Source: an uncultured Coriobacteriales bacterium
GTDB lineage: Bacteria; Actinomycetota; Coriobacteriia; Coriobacteriales; UMGS124
Length of the DNA stretch: 45,422 nucleotides
NCBI GenBank assembly: GCA_903789505.1
Contig: CAIFEU010000003.1
Coordinates: 1-45,422 of the forward strand
Direction: 5' to 3'
Each line of letters starts with the position of its first letter. Position 1 is the stretch's first letter. The position numbers and the translations under genes were made by a program. Positions 9,798 to 21,707 of this stretch are shown here, in pieces. A model generated the notes under the pieces. It saw only the letters and a program-made list of their open reading frames with translations, had not been told where the DNA came from and ran no database searches.

Positions 9798-9899
9798 CTC
9801 ACTCCTCCAGTGCCATTAGGGCAGGTTTCATCCCGACCGGGAGCGTATTTCCGCACGTCGTACGCACTCAGAAAAGATAGAAGACAACCAGCAGTCTTC

Positions 9900-10562
9900 T
9901 CATGCCACGTCGATAAACCTGTCGAGAGCCGCAAGCGCCAGCCGCATGCGAAGACCAGCGTTCTGAACATGGTTACCGGGCGTCTTTTCGAAGTGCGTCT
10001 TACAGCCAGCTCCGGAAAGGATGTCCAAGGTCAGGCGCGTCTGCCCCTCAATCGCACGAAGGCGAGGGATTGAGGCGCGCCGTTCACGAGACCCCAAGCT
10101 GACGTAGACAAATCCGCCAGGATTCTCGCACTCGTCAAGTTGAGAGGCGAGCCATTCATTCCAGCCATCGTACCAAAGCGAGCCAGAGACGCTCGCCGCA
10201 GCCCCAAACATCGACGTGCAAACGAATGAATACAGCGAGAAAAGGCCAGCAAGCGAATAGCCTGCTATTGCGCGGCAAGATGGGGTAGGAGACAACCCCA
10301 TGCTTTGCTCGCACGCCGAAGCGTCACCGATAAGGCTCTTAAGGAATGAAGGTGCGCCCCCGGCAAAGGAACCACCCTTCGGACTGAGAGGTTGCGCGGG
10401 CCACGGACTAAGCTTGGCGTTCCATTCATTCACGTAAATTTGCAGTACCGAGCTCGAGAGGTCGTGAGCGACTTCGTCGAGGTCAAACGGCCGCTCGGCA
10501 GAATCGATGAGCCAGATACACTCGTTGTTTGATGCGTGCCCTCGATGAAACGCAAATTCCAT
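9900..10562 (-). CDS. esterase-family alpha/beta hydrolase
   Basis: 220 aa. Nucleophile elbow GYSLAG and a downstream SGSLWY motif typical of the putative esterase family. Confidence 0.65.
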   Translation of the reverse strand: MEFAFHRGHASNNECIWLIDSAERPFDLDEVAHDLSSSVLQIYVNEWNAKLSPWPAQPLSPKGGSFAGGAPSFLKSLIGDASACEQSMGLSPTPSCRAIAGYSLAGLFSLYSFVCTSMFGAAASVSGSLWYDGWNEWLASQLDECENPGGFVYVSLGSRERRASIPRLRAIEGQTRLTLDILSGAGCKTHFEKTPGNHVQNAGLRMRLALAALDRFIDVA

Positions 10563-10596
10563 GGCCCTCCTTCGAGGTGCCCCGTGCCCGACCCAC

Positions 10597-11367
10597 CTAT
10601 CTCGGCCTGTTGGGCGCCAGGAACTTCACCACCTCGCCGATTGCGAAGTCCATCGTGTCGGGGTTGGAGAACGGGTGGTCGGCATGCTCCACCTCGACCA
10701 GCTCGATCACGTTGTCGTCGGCGAACTTGCGCGTGTCCTCGATGGGCACGACCTCGTCGCGCGTGCCGTGCAGCAAGAGAATACGGTCGGCATGGTCGAA
10801 GTACTCGTACTGCCGGACGTCGTGCTCGCGCAGGTCGTCCAGGAACGCCTGGTCGAGCTCGACCTTGCGGTCGTAGCCCTTGAGCACCTTCTTGCCGCGC
10901 GCCATCGCGTCGAGCTCCGCCTGGTCAAAGTTGTCAAGCATGACGTGATACATGTCGATGGCGGGGCAGCGCAGGGCGATTGCCTCGAACGGGTCGTCCA
11001 CCTCGATGATATAGCGCAGGGCAATGTAGCCGCCGTAGCTGGTCGAGTACAGGTAGAGGTGCTCGGCCCCCAGTTCCCGCCGGGCATGGTCGATTGCCAG
11101 CGTGAGGTAGGTCATGCTCTCGGTCGCGGAGAGTCGCTTGCGACCGTCGTTGCCGTGACCAGGCCAGTCGAAGGTCAGCACCGCGTAGCCCGGGTACTTG
11201 GCGGTGAGACGCTCGGCGAACTTCTGCACGGCGTGGTTGTCCTTGTTGCCGCCGAAGCCGTAGGTCGCCAGCGCGACGTGCGAGAACGCGCGGGCGTCCT
11301 TCTGGCAGTACAGTTTGCACCGAACGCTCAGGCCCTGCTCGTTGATGTTGAAGTACTTGTCCCTCAT
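10597..11367 (-). CDS. alpha/beta hydrolase
   Basis: 256 aa. Contains DWPGHGNDG, then the nucleophile region YSTSYGG, then the C-terminal HADHPF histidine motif. Confidence 0.7.
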   Translation of the reverse strand: MRDKYFNINEQGLSVRCKLYCQKDARAFSHVALATYGFGGNKDNHAVQKFAERLTAKYPGYAVLTFDWPGHGNDGRKRLSATESMTYLTLAIDHARRELGAEHLYLYSTSYGGYIALRYIIEVDDPFEAIALRCPAIDMYHVMLDNFDQAELDAMARGKKVLKGYDRKVELDQAFLDDLREHDVRQYEYFDHADRILLLHGTRDEVVPIEDTRKFADDNVIELVEVEHADHPFSNPDTMDFAIGEVVKFLAPNRPR

Positions 11368-11377
11368 GGCGGAGTCG

Positions 11378-11899
11378 CTAGTCCTCGACCTCGAGCAGCT
11401 CGATGTTGAAGTTCAGCGGCTTGCCCGCCAGGCGATGGTTCAGGTCGAAGTCGACGGTGTCGTTGCGCGCCTTCACGACCTCGAGCTCGGCCTTGCCGCG
11501 CCGATGCGCGATGATCTTGTGCTTCTCGCCCACAGCGACCTCGATGACGCGGCTCTTGTCCTTGGTGCCCACAAAGCTAGCCTTGCCGTGCTGGGCGGTC
11601 TTGATGGTCATCGGGACGGGCTTGTCGTTCTCGTCATAGAAGTAGAGCGTCTCGCCAAACCGCACGTGCATGACGTTCGATGGGTCGGGCATGCCATAGG
11701 CGTCCTTGGGTTCGAGGTGCACATCGCGCACCTCGCCGACCTTCATCTCATCGACGGCGCGGTCGAACCCGGGAATCATCTGCCCCTTCATGCAGGTGAA
11801 CTCTATCGGCTTGTCGCGGTCGCGCGAGCTGTCGAACACGGTGCCGTCGTCCAGGGTGCCGACGTAGTGGACCTTTACCTTCTTGCCAGCGTTGCTCAT
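11378..11899 (-). CDS. FKBP-type peptidyl-prolyl cis-trans isomerase (SlyD-like)
   Basis: VKVHYVGTLDDGTVFDSS...IPGFD...M.VGE FKBP signature. Start moved to MSNAGKK (ATG at 11899), preceded by GGGAGGA. Confidence 0.85.
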   Translation of the reverse strand: MSNAGKKVKVHYVGTLDDGTVFDSSRDRDKPIEFTCMKGQMIPGFDRAVDEMKVGEVRDVHLEPKDAYGMPDPSNVMHVRFGETLYFYDENDKPVPMTIKTAQHGKASFVGTKDKSRVIEVAVGEKHKIIAHRRGKAELEVVKARNDTVDFDLNHRLAGKPLNFNIELLEVED

Positions 11900-11989
11900 A
11901 AATATCCTCCCGAATCGATTCCTCGCGACAGAGCGGGGCAACAGGGCGGGCAAGGCCCGACCCTAGGAGCCCCAGCCCCCAAACGCGAA

Positions 11990-12018
11990 CAGGCCAGAAG
12001 CATAACGCTTCTGGCCTG
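11990..12018 (-). terminator. 12-bp perfect stem-loop just outside the partial tRNA-Ala copy
   Basis: CAGGCCAGAAGC-ataac-GCTTCTGGCCTG. On the minus strand it is followed by TTCGCGTTTGGGGG. Confidence 0.6.
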
Positions 12019-12031
12019 CACAATTCTCTAA

Positions 12032-12073
12032 TCTGGTGGAGATGATGGGGTTCGAACCCACGACCTCAGGCTT
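12032..12073. repeat. 42-bp direct repeat: partial copy of the tRNA-Ala 3' end (att-like, distal copy)
   Basis: Identical base-for-base to 14604-14645 (tctggtggagatgatggggttcgaacccacgacctcaggctt). There is no 5' acceptor strand or D-arm beyond it. Confidence 0.9.
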
Positions 12074-12144
12074 TCAGGAGGTCCGCGCTGTATCGCCCGA
12101 AGTGGGACGAGCGCCACGGCTCTGACGGACGGACCTACGGCCAG

Positions 12145-13419
12145 ATGTGCATAGGGCGCGCGACGTCGGACGTCACGAGCACGGCGGCAGACGGCGGCAC
12201 CCTCCCCACGGCGCGAGGGGCCGCGTCCCGGCCCGCCCAGCCGCCCAGGCCGGAGCCGCTGACCCTGACCAACGTCGCCGACGCGCTGCGGGACGGGCCG
12301 CCGACGCCGGACCCGGAGCTCATATCGGGCGTGCTGCGCGTCGGCCAGAAGATGCTCCTCAGCGCGCCGCCGAAGGTCGGCAAGACGTGGCTCGCAATCG
12401 ACCTGGCGACGGCGCTCGCGACGGGCGGGGCGTGGCTCGGCTTCCGTTGCAGGCGATGCCAGGTCGTCTACGCGAACCTGGAAGTCTCGGAGACGTCATT
12501 CCTCATCCGATGCGACAAGGTGCTCAGGTCCCGGGCGTTCGACCCCGGCGACGCGGAGCCGATGCTGGCGTTCGAGGGGCGCGGCATGGGGCTCGACGCC
12601 CAGCAGTTCGCGGACCGGCTCATAGCGACGTGGCGGGGCATGGGCGGGCCTTCGTGGGGGTGCGTCATCGTCGACTGCGTCTACCAGCTGGAGACGGGCG
12701 ACGAGAACGCGGTGAAGGACGTGCGGCCGCTCGTCGCCCAGCTCGACCGGATAGGGCGCACCATCGGGTGCGCGCTCATCGCGATTCACCACCACAGCAA
12801 GGGCGCGTCAGGCTCCAAGGCTTCGATAGACCGCGCGGCGGGGAGCTCGGTCTTCGCGCGCTGGCCCGACGCGCTCATAGACGTGTCGCCCCTCGACTTC
12901 GAGGGCGCCGCGGACGACCCGGGGCGCTCGGAGGCTTGCCGCGAAGCCTGTCGCGAGATTGAGGGCCGCCAGGGCGCCGGGGCGTACCGGATGGAGTTCG
13001 ACCTGCGGGAGTTCCCCGGGCGGAGGCCGCTCGACCTGTTCTTCACGGACGGCCACTTCGTGCCCGACGTGCGCGGCGCCCTGGCGGAGCTCGCAGAGGT
13101 GGGTTCGTTCGAGGCCGCGGGACGTCGCGGGGGCGCGGCAAGCAGGGCCAGGGGCGAGGAGCAGCGCCAGGCAAAGGCGGGGCTCATCGGGGAGTGCGTC
13201 GCCAGGTGCCGCCAGGCCGGGGAGCCCGCGACCATCGCAGCCGTGCTCAGCCAGTACAACGACCTGGCTGCCGGGGCCGGGCTGGCGAGGGTGCAGAGGG
13301 CGACGCTCGGCGCGTGGCTCAAGCCCACCGGCGCGATGCCGTTCCACCTTGAGCCGGGGCCGGGGGGCAGCGTCGTGACGCCCGACGGGGCGGCGGGGTC
13401 CGACGCGGACGGGGCTTAG
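12145..13419 (+). CDS. RepA / AAA_25-like (RecA-fold) ATPase of mobile-element type
   Basis: Walker A APPKVGKT, Walker B CVIVDC, and IAIHHHSKG, which is typical of the RepA/AAA_25 family. The reading frame stays open upstream to 12046, through the att repeat, so the start is uncertain. Confidence 0.7.
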   Translation: MCIGRATSDVTSTAADGGTLPTARGAASRPAQPPRPEPLTLTNVADALRDGPPTPDPELISGVLRVGQKMLLSAPPKVGKTWLAIDLATALATGGAWLGFRCRRCQVVYANLEVSETSFLIRCDKVLRSRAFDPGDAEPMLAFEGRGMGLDAQQFADRLIATWRGMGGPSWGCVIVDCVYQLETGDENAVKDVRPLVAQLDRIGRTIGCALIAIHHHSKGASGSKASIDRAAGSSVFARWPDALIDVSPLDFEGAADDPGRSEACREACREIEGRQGAGAYRMEFDLREFPGRRPLDLFFTDGHFVPDVRGALAELAEVGSFEAAGRRGGAASRARGEEQRQAKAGLIGECVARCRQAGEPATIAAVLSQYNDLAAGAGLARVQRATLGAWLKPTGAMPFHLEPGPGGSVVTPDGAAGSDADGA

Positions 13420-13421
13420 CC

Positions 13422-13702
13422 GTGGTGGATGGGCGAAGGCCCTAAGGGGGTCCCGTTCCATCCACCACGCCCAGGGCCACGTCTGGTGGATGGGCGGAAG
13501 CCTTAAGGGGGTCCCATGCCGCCCACCACGCGGCGGGGCACGATGGAGCGTCTCTCTGTCCACAGGATGGAGGAGGCCACTATTTGGCGGTGGCGGATGG
13601 GCGGGACCCCTTTATCGCTCCCACCCACGCCCAAGGCTTCGGGCGGTCGACCCGTGGGCGTGGTGGATGGGTGCGACCCCCTAAAGGCTCCCACCCACGC
13701 CC
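13422..13702. repeat. four iteron-like imperfect palindromic units (about 47-52 bp each)
   Basis: 5' arms GGTGGATGGGCG at 13424, 13485, 13592 (GGCGGATGGGCG) and 13662 (GGTGGATGGGTG). Each is paired with a complementary arm (CCATCCACCAC 13458, CCGCCCACCAC 13519, CTCCCACCCACGCC 13618 and 13688). Confidence 0.85.
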
Positions 13703-13806
13703 AAGCCTGTGGACAGAAAGGGACGTGGGCGGCGAGGACGACGAGACGATTGGAGAGCGACGTGTACTTCGACGACAAGGGACCGGGCCCGATTGAGAGG
13801 GCAATC

Positions 13807-14031
13807 ATGGATGGCGACGAGCGCGAGGCGACGTACCAGGCGCTTCTGAAGACGGCGCGTCTGCTGGACGAGTGCGAGAGCGACCGCGACGCCCGGCCGC
13901 TCGCCACCACCATGGAGGAGCTTACGGACAAGCTGAAGGCGCTCGACGCGGAGGCGGCGACGAAGACGAAGCGCAAGGACAGCGTGCTCGCCCAGGTGGC
14001 GGCCCAGTACCGTCGCACCGTGAACGAATGA
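13807..14031 (+). CDS. small helical hypothetical protein (74 aa) of the islet
   Basis: ATG preceded by GAGAGGG. Followed by a strong terminator. The longer 13516 start in the ORF track runs through the repeat cluster and is not credible. Confidence 0.45.
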   Translation: MDGDEREATYQALLKTARLLDECESDRDARPLATTMEELTDKLKALDAEAATKTKRKDSVLAQVAAQYRRTVNE

Positions 14032-14066
14032 ACGACATGCGAGCCGAGGGGCGCGGAGGCGCCGAG

Positions 14067-14107
14067 GGGGTCGCGCGGGGAGTCTCGCGCGGCCCCTGTC
14101 TTTTTTT
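14067..14107 (+). terminator. rho-independent terminator
   Basis: GGGGTCGCGCG-loop-CGCGCGGCCCC stem followed by TGTCTTTTTTT. Confidence 0.75.
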
Positions 14108-14494
14108 GGGCGCGGGGGGATTTCGGCCCTGGCCGCCGAGACGGGCCGGGGCGGCCGAATAAAAAGACCCCCCTACCCCCCGCCCGCCGGTCACCGGCCA
14201 CGCCACACGCCGCGCGAAGGCACGCGAGACCGCAGACGAGCCGCCACGAGGCGGGAACATCGCGACGAGGGGACGTCCGGCATCGGGGCGGAGCCCCCGG
14301 CAGGTGTCGCCGGACGCGGCGGCGCGTTAGGCGGATGGTTGGCGCGGGCACGGGGGCGACGGGCAGGAGGTCGTCGGGGACTTCTCGACTCACGACGCCC
14401 ACGACCGACTGAAAAACGCTCCCTCACTGTGGAGAGCAAAGGCGGCCCAGGCACGGCCACGGCGGCGGGAATCGTCCCGAAAATCGGGAAAGTT

Positions 14495-14546
14495 TTATCC
14501 CAGCGTTATCCCAGCCGTTATCCCAAGGCCGATTTTCTTGGGATAA
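14495..14546. promoter_or_regulatory. TTATCCCA repeat set (three direct copies plus one inverted) next to the att core
   Basis: TTATCCCAG at 14495 and 14506, TTATCCCAA at 14518 (11-12 bp phasing), and inverted TTGGGATAA at 14538. Confidence 0.6.
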
Positions 14547-14561
14547 AACGCCCAAAACGCA

Positions 14562-14600
14562 AGCAGGCCAGGGGTCTTGATGCCCCTGACCTGCTGTTTT
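14562..14600. terminator. stem-loop with flanking T/A runs immediately 3' of tRNA-Ala
   Basis: AGCAGGCCAGGGG-loop-CCCCTGACCTGCT (one mismatch) followed by GTTTT on the + strand. On the minus strand it is followed by TTGCGTTTTGGG. Confidence 0.6.
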
Positions 14601-14603
14601 GCG

Positions 14604-14645
14604 TCTGGTGGAGATGATGGGGTTCGAACCCACGACCTCAGGCTT
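14604..14645. repeat. 42-bp direct repeat, tRNA-proximal copy
   Basis: Identical to 12032-12073. Covers the 3' 39 nt of tRNA-Ala plus 3 nt downstream. Confidence 0.9.
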
Positions 14646-14681
14646 GCAAAGCCCGCGCTCTCCCAGCTGAGCTACATCCCC
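14606..14681 (-). tRNA. tRNA-Ala (anticodon TGC)
   Basis: The reverse complement folds as a cloverleaf: acceptor GGGGATG/CATCTCC with the G3:U70 identity pair, anticodon loop TTTGCAA, T-loop GGTTCGAAC, encoded CCA. Confidence 0.93.
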
Positions 14682-14741
14682 AGATAGAATAAACGCCTCA
14701 GCGGCGACTCGGCTCACGCTGGGGCGTTTATTTGTGAAAAA

Positions 14742-14818
14742 TGGTGGGCCCGACAAGGTTTGAACTTGTGACCTCACGGTTATCAGCCGTGCGCTCTGAC
14801 CAACTGAGCTACGGGCCC
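14742..14818 (-). tRNA. tRNA-Ile (anticodon GAT)
   Basis: Reverse complement GGGCCCGTAGCTCAGTTGGTCAGAGCGCACGGCTGATAACCGTG...GGGCCCACCA. Clean cloverleaf with anticodon loop CTGATAA. Confidence 0.93.
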
Positions 14819-14831
14819 GAACAGCTAAGTT

Positions 14832-14860
14832 AATATAAGTAAAGCCAGGGTCAGCGTCAA
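14832..14860 (-). promoter_or_regulatory. sigma-70-type promoter for the tRNA-Ile/tRNA-Ala pair
   Basis: On the minus strand: TTGACG, 17 nt, TATATT. The -10 element ends 13 nt upstream of the tRNA-Ile 5' end. Confidence 0.7.
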
Positions 14861-15254
14861 CTCCCATCTTCGATTGGGTCGCATCGCTCGTGGTTCACCA
14901 TTTTTCATCCACAAGTCCGCGCTGAGCTGGCCGCGGGCCATCTCGGTAGTTCAGTGGTTACCCCACGAAGGAAGGGAAGGCAGGAGAGGCGGGCGCACCA
15001 GCCTCCGAGACGGATCGACGCCTGCCCCAAAAGGCCAACGGTATGGGAACGGCACACGACCTCGCCATCCCCACGCCGCCCATTCGCGCTGCGGCTCTTC
15101 GCTCCTCCCACTCGCATGCGCGCGGGGGATTTCACCACCGTATGCCATTGAGAGTAGAATGCTGGTTATCGGTGTCGCCCGCGGGACCCCATCCACGCAG
15201 GGCGCCATCGCTCAGGACGCTTACGCAGTCATGAACTGGAGAGGGGAGGCCAGC

Positions 15255-15788
15255 GTGATTCGCGTTGCACTCGAGACGCTCGTCATGGGCAACGTCCCCG
15301 GGGCGTCCCTGCTCATCCTCAGACCGCTGGTCGACGAGCCGATGAACAACCGCATCCTGCCCATCTGCATCGGCCCGGTCGAGGCGGCCGCCATCGGCAA
15401 GGCGCTTTCGGACGAGAAGGACTCCCGTCCGATGACCCACAGCCTGATCTGCACCGTCATCGGGACGCTCGGCGGCAAGCTGCTGCGCGTCTGCATCCCC
15501 CGCGTCAAGGGCACCATCTTCTACGCGTCACTGCACATCCAGCAGGGGGACTCCCTGCTCAAGGTCGACGCACGGCCCAGCGACGCGATCGCGATCGCGC
15601 TACGCATGGACGTCCCCATGTACGTGAGCGAGTCGGTCATGGAGTCGGCCGGCTACCCGGCATGGGTCAACATCAAGAGCGAGCAGGACAGGGCCGAGAT
15701 GGAGCAGTTTCACAAGTTCGTCGAGACGGTCACGCCCGACGACTTCCGCACGGAGAGCATGCGCCACAACGGCGAGGACGGCGAGTAG
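15255..15788 (+). CDS. bifunctional nuclease (BFN / DUF151) family protein
   Basis: ILPICIGPVEAAAI...RPMTH...ARPSDAIAIALR motifs typical of PF02577. GTG start after GGAGAGGGGAGG, with ATG 15231 as an alternative. The 14874 start in the ORF track is not credible. Confidence 0.75.
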   Translation: MIRVALETLVMGNVPGASLLILRPLVDEPMNNRILPICIGPVEAAAIGKALSDEKDSRPMTHSLICTVIGTLGGKLLRVCIPRVKGTIFYASLHIQQGDSLLKVDARPSDAIAIALRMDVPMYVSESVMESAGYPAWVNIKSEQDRAEMEQFHKFVETVTPDDFRTESMRHNGEDGE

Positions 15789-15886
15789 GGGAGGCCTCTC
15801 GCCGAAAACAGAGAGGGGACGGACGCAGGTCAGCTCACCTGACCGCGCCCGCCCCCTCTCGCACGTTCCACACCCGTGTCGGTGTC

Positions 15887-18727
<2,841 letters not shown>

Positions 18728-18825
18728 TTCAGGCCCTTCTCGTCATGTGAACGCGCGGGCGCCCCACCTGCGGGCTCCCGCGCCCTTCGCGCCGACCCCG
18801 TCGGCCGGCGTCGCGCCGCTACCGC

Positions 18826-20901
<2,076 letters not shown>

Positions 20902-21146
20902 TTCTCAGCAAGGCTGACGGCGCTTGAGAGGTCGATTCATCCGATTCGTCGGAGGTGAGGAGACGAGAGGCTTCGCCCGGCACGCCCGACGTCCCGCCCG
21001 GCCGCTCCGACACGGCGGGAGGCGGGCACGCGAGGGACCGTCGGGCGCGGGCCCCTATACATGCCATCCATTATAGGGGAGAGTCTTTACAACATGACCC
21101 AAAAAATGCCCTCTCACAGTTGCCACAATCGTTTTCAAGGCCCTTT

Positions 21147-21707
21147 TTAGGACCTCGATGACTTTTTCCATTCCTTGACGGAAATTAGGGCGTTCAGGAC
21201 GTGTTCGCGAAGCGTCGGGTCGGTGATTCCCGACACCATGTCGACGGCTTCCCGACGCTCCTCGGGCGACAGCGGCACGGACTGGGGAGGCACCGCCTCG
21301 TCGTGGTTGGAGTAGCCCTCCGAGAATCCTCCCTCCCGCGCCCGGCGCGAGAGCCTGAACGTGACCTTGTCGACGACGAGGTCCTCCTGGTTCGTGCGCT
21401 CGCAGCGCGCCCTCCACTCGCGCAGAATCTCGAACGAGCGCATCTGGAACTCGTACATCCAGATGTTCGAGTCCACGTAGACGACCATCTCCACGCTGTT
21501 GCGGTGCGAGCGAAACGACAGCCCATTGCAGTGGTCCCGCAGCGTGGGGTCGCCCATCGTCGCCCACAGGCGCAGCGCGCGGGCGACCTTGGCCATGGTC
21601 GGCGTGGCGCGGAACAGCCCGCCCATCACCCCGTCGGCGAGCTCGCCCACCCCCCTCTCGGCGTAGGAGGTGCCCAGGTAGGTCCTGACCTCTTCGTCCA
21701 GGCTCAT
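21147..21707 (-). CDS. DUF721 / DciA-like protein
   Basis: Position between recF and gyrB is conserved in Actinomycetota. The pattern LW...G..L..H......R...L.V.VDS..W..E......IL matches DUF721. Overlaps the recF stop by 4 nt. Confidence 0.7.
   Translation of the reverse strand: MSLDEEVRTYLGTSYAERGVGELADGVMGGLFRATPTMAKVARALRLWATMGDPTLRDHCNGLSFRSHRNSVEMVVYVDSNIWMYEFQMRSFEILREWRARCERTNQEDLVVDKVTFRLSRRAREGGFSEGYSNHDEAVPPQSVPLSPEERREAVDMVSGITDPTLREHVLNALISVKEWKKSSRS

Larger units (their letters stand above)
12032..14645. mobile_element. integrase-less integrated islet in tRNA-Ala (about 2.5 kb between 42-bp direct repeats)
   Basis: Direct repeats of the tRNA 3' end bracket a RepA-like ATPase gene, an iteron-like repeat cluster, a small ORF and an arm-site-like repeat set. 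No recombinase ORF is visible in any frame. Confidence 0.65.

Noticed and set aside
12032-12110. Possible second functional tRNA at the left end of the islet
   Set aside because: Only the 3' 39 nt match tRNA-Ala. Beyond the repeat there is no complementary 5' acceptor strand, D-arm or proper anticodon stem, so this is an att-type partial copy.
13422-13702. CRISPR array
   Set aside because: There are only four units with irregular spacing. Each unit is internally palindromic with divergent arms, and there are no cas genes. The units fit iterons or hairpins better.
13516-13806. Long (171-aa) version of the small islet ORF starting at 13516
   Set aside because: Its N-terminal 97 codons are the translation of the palindromic repeat units. 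A start at 13807 with an RBS is more credible, and even that call has low confidence.
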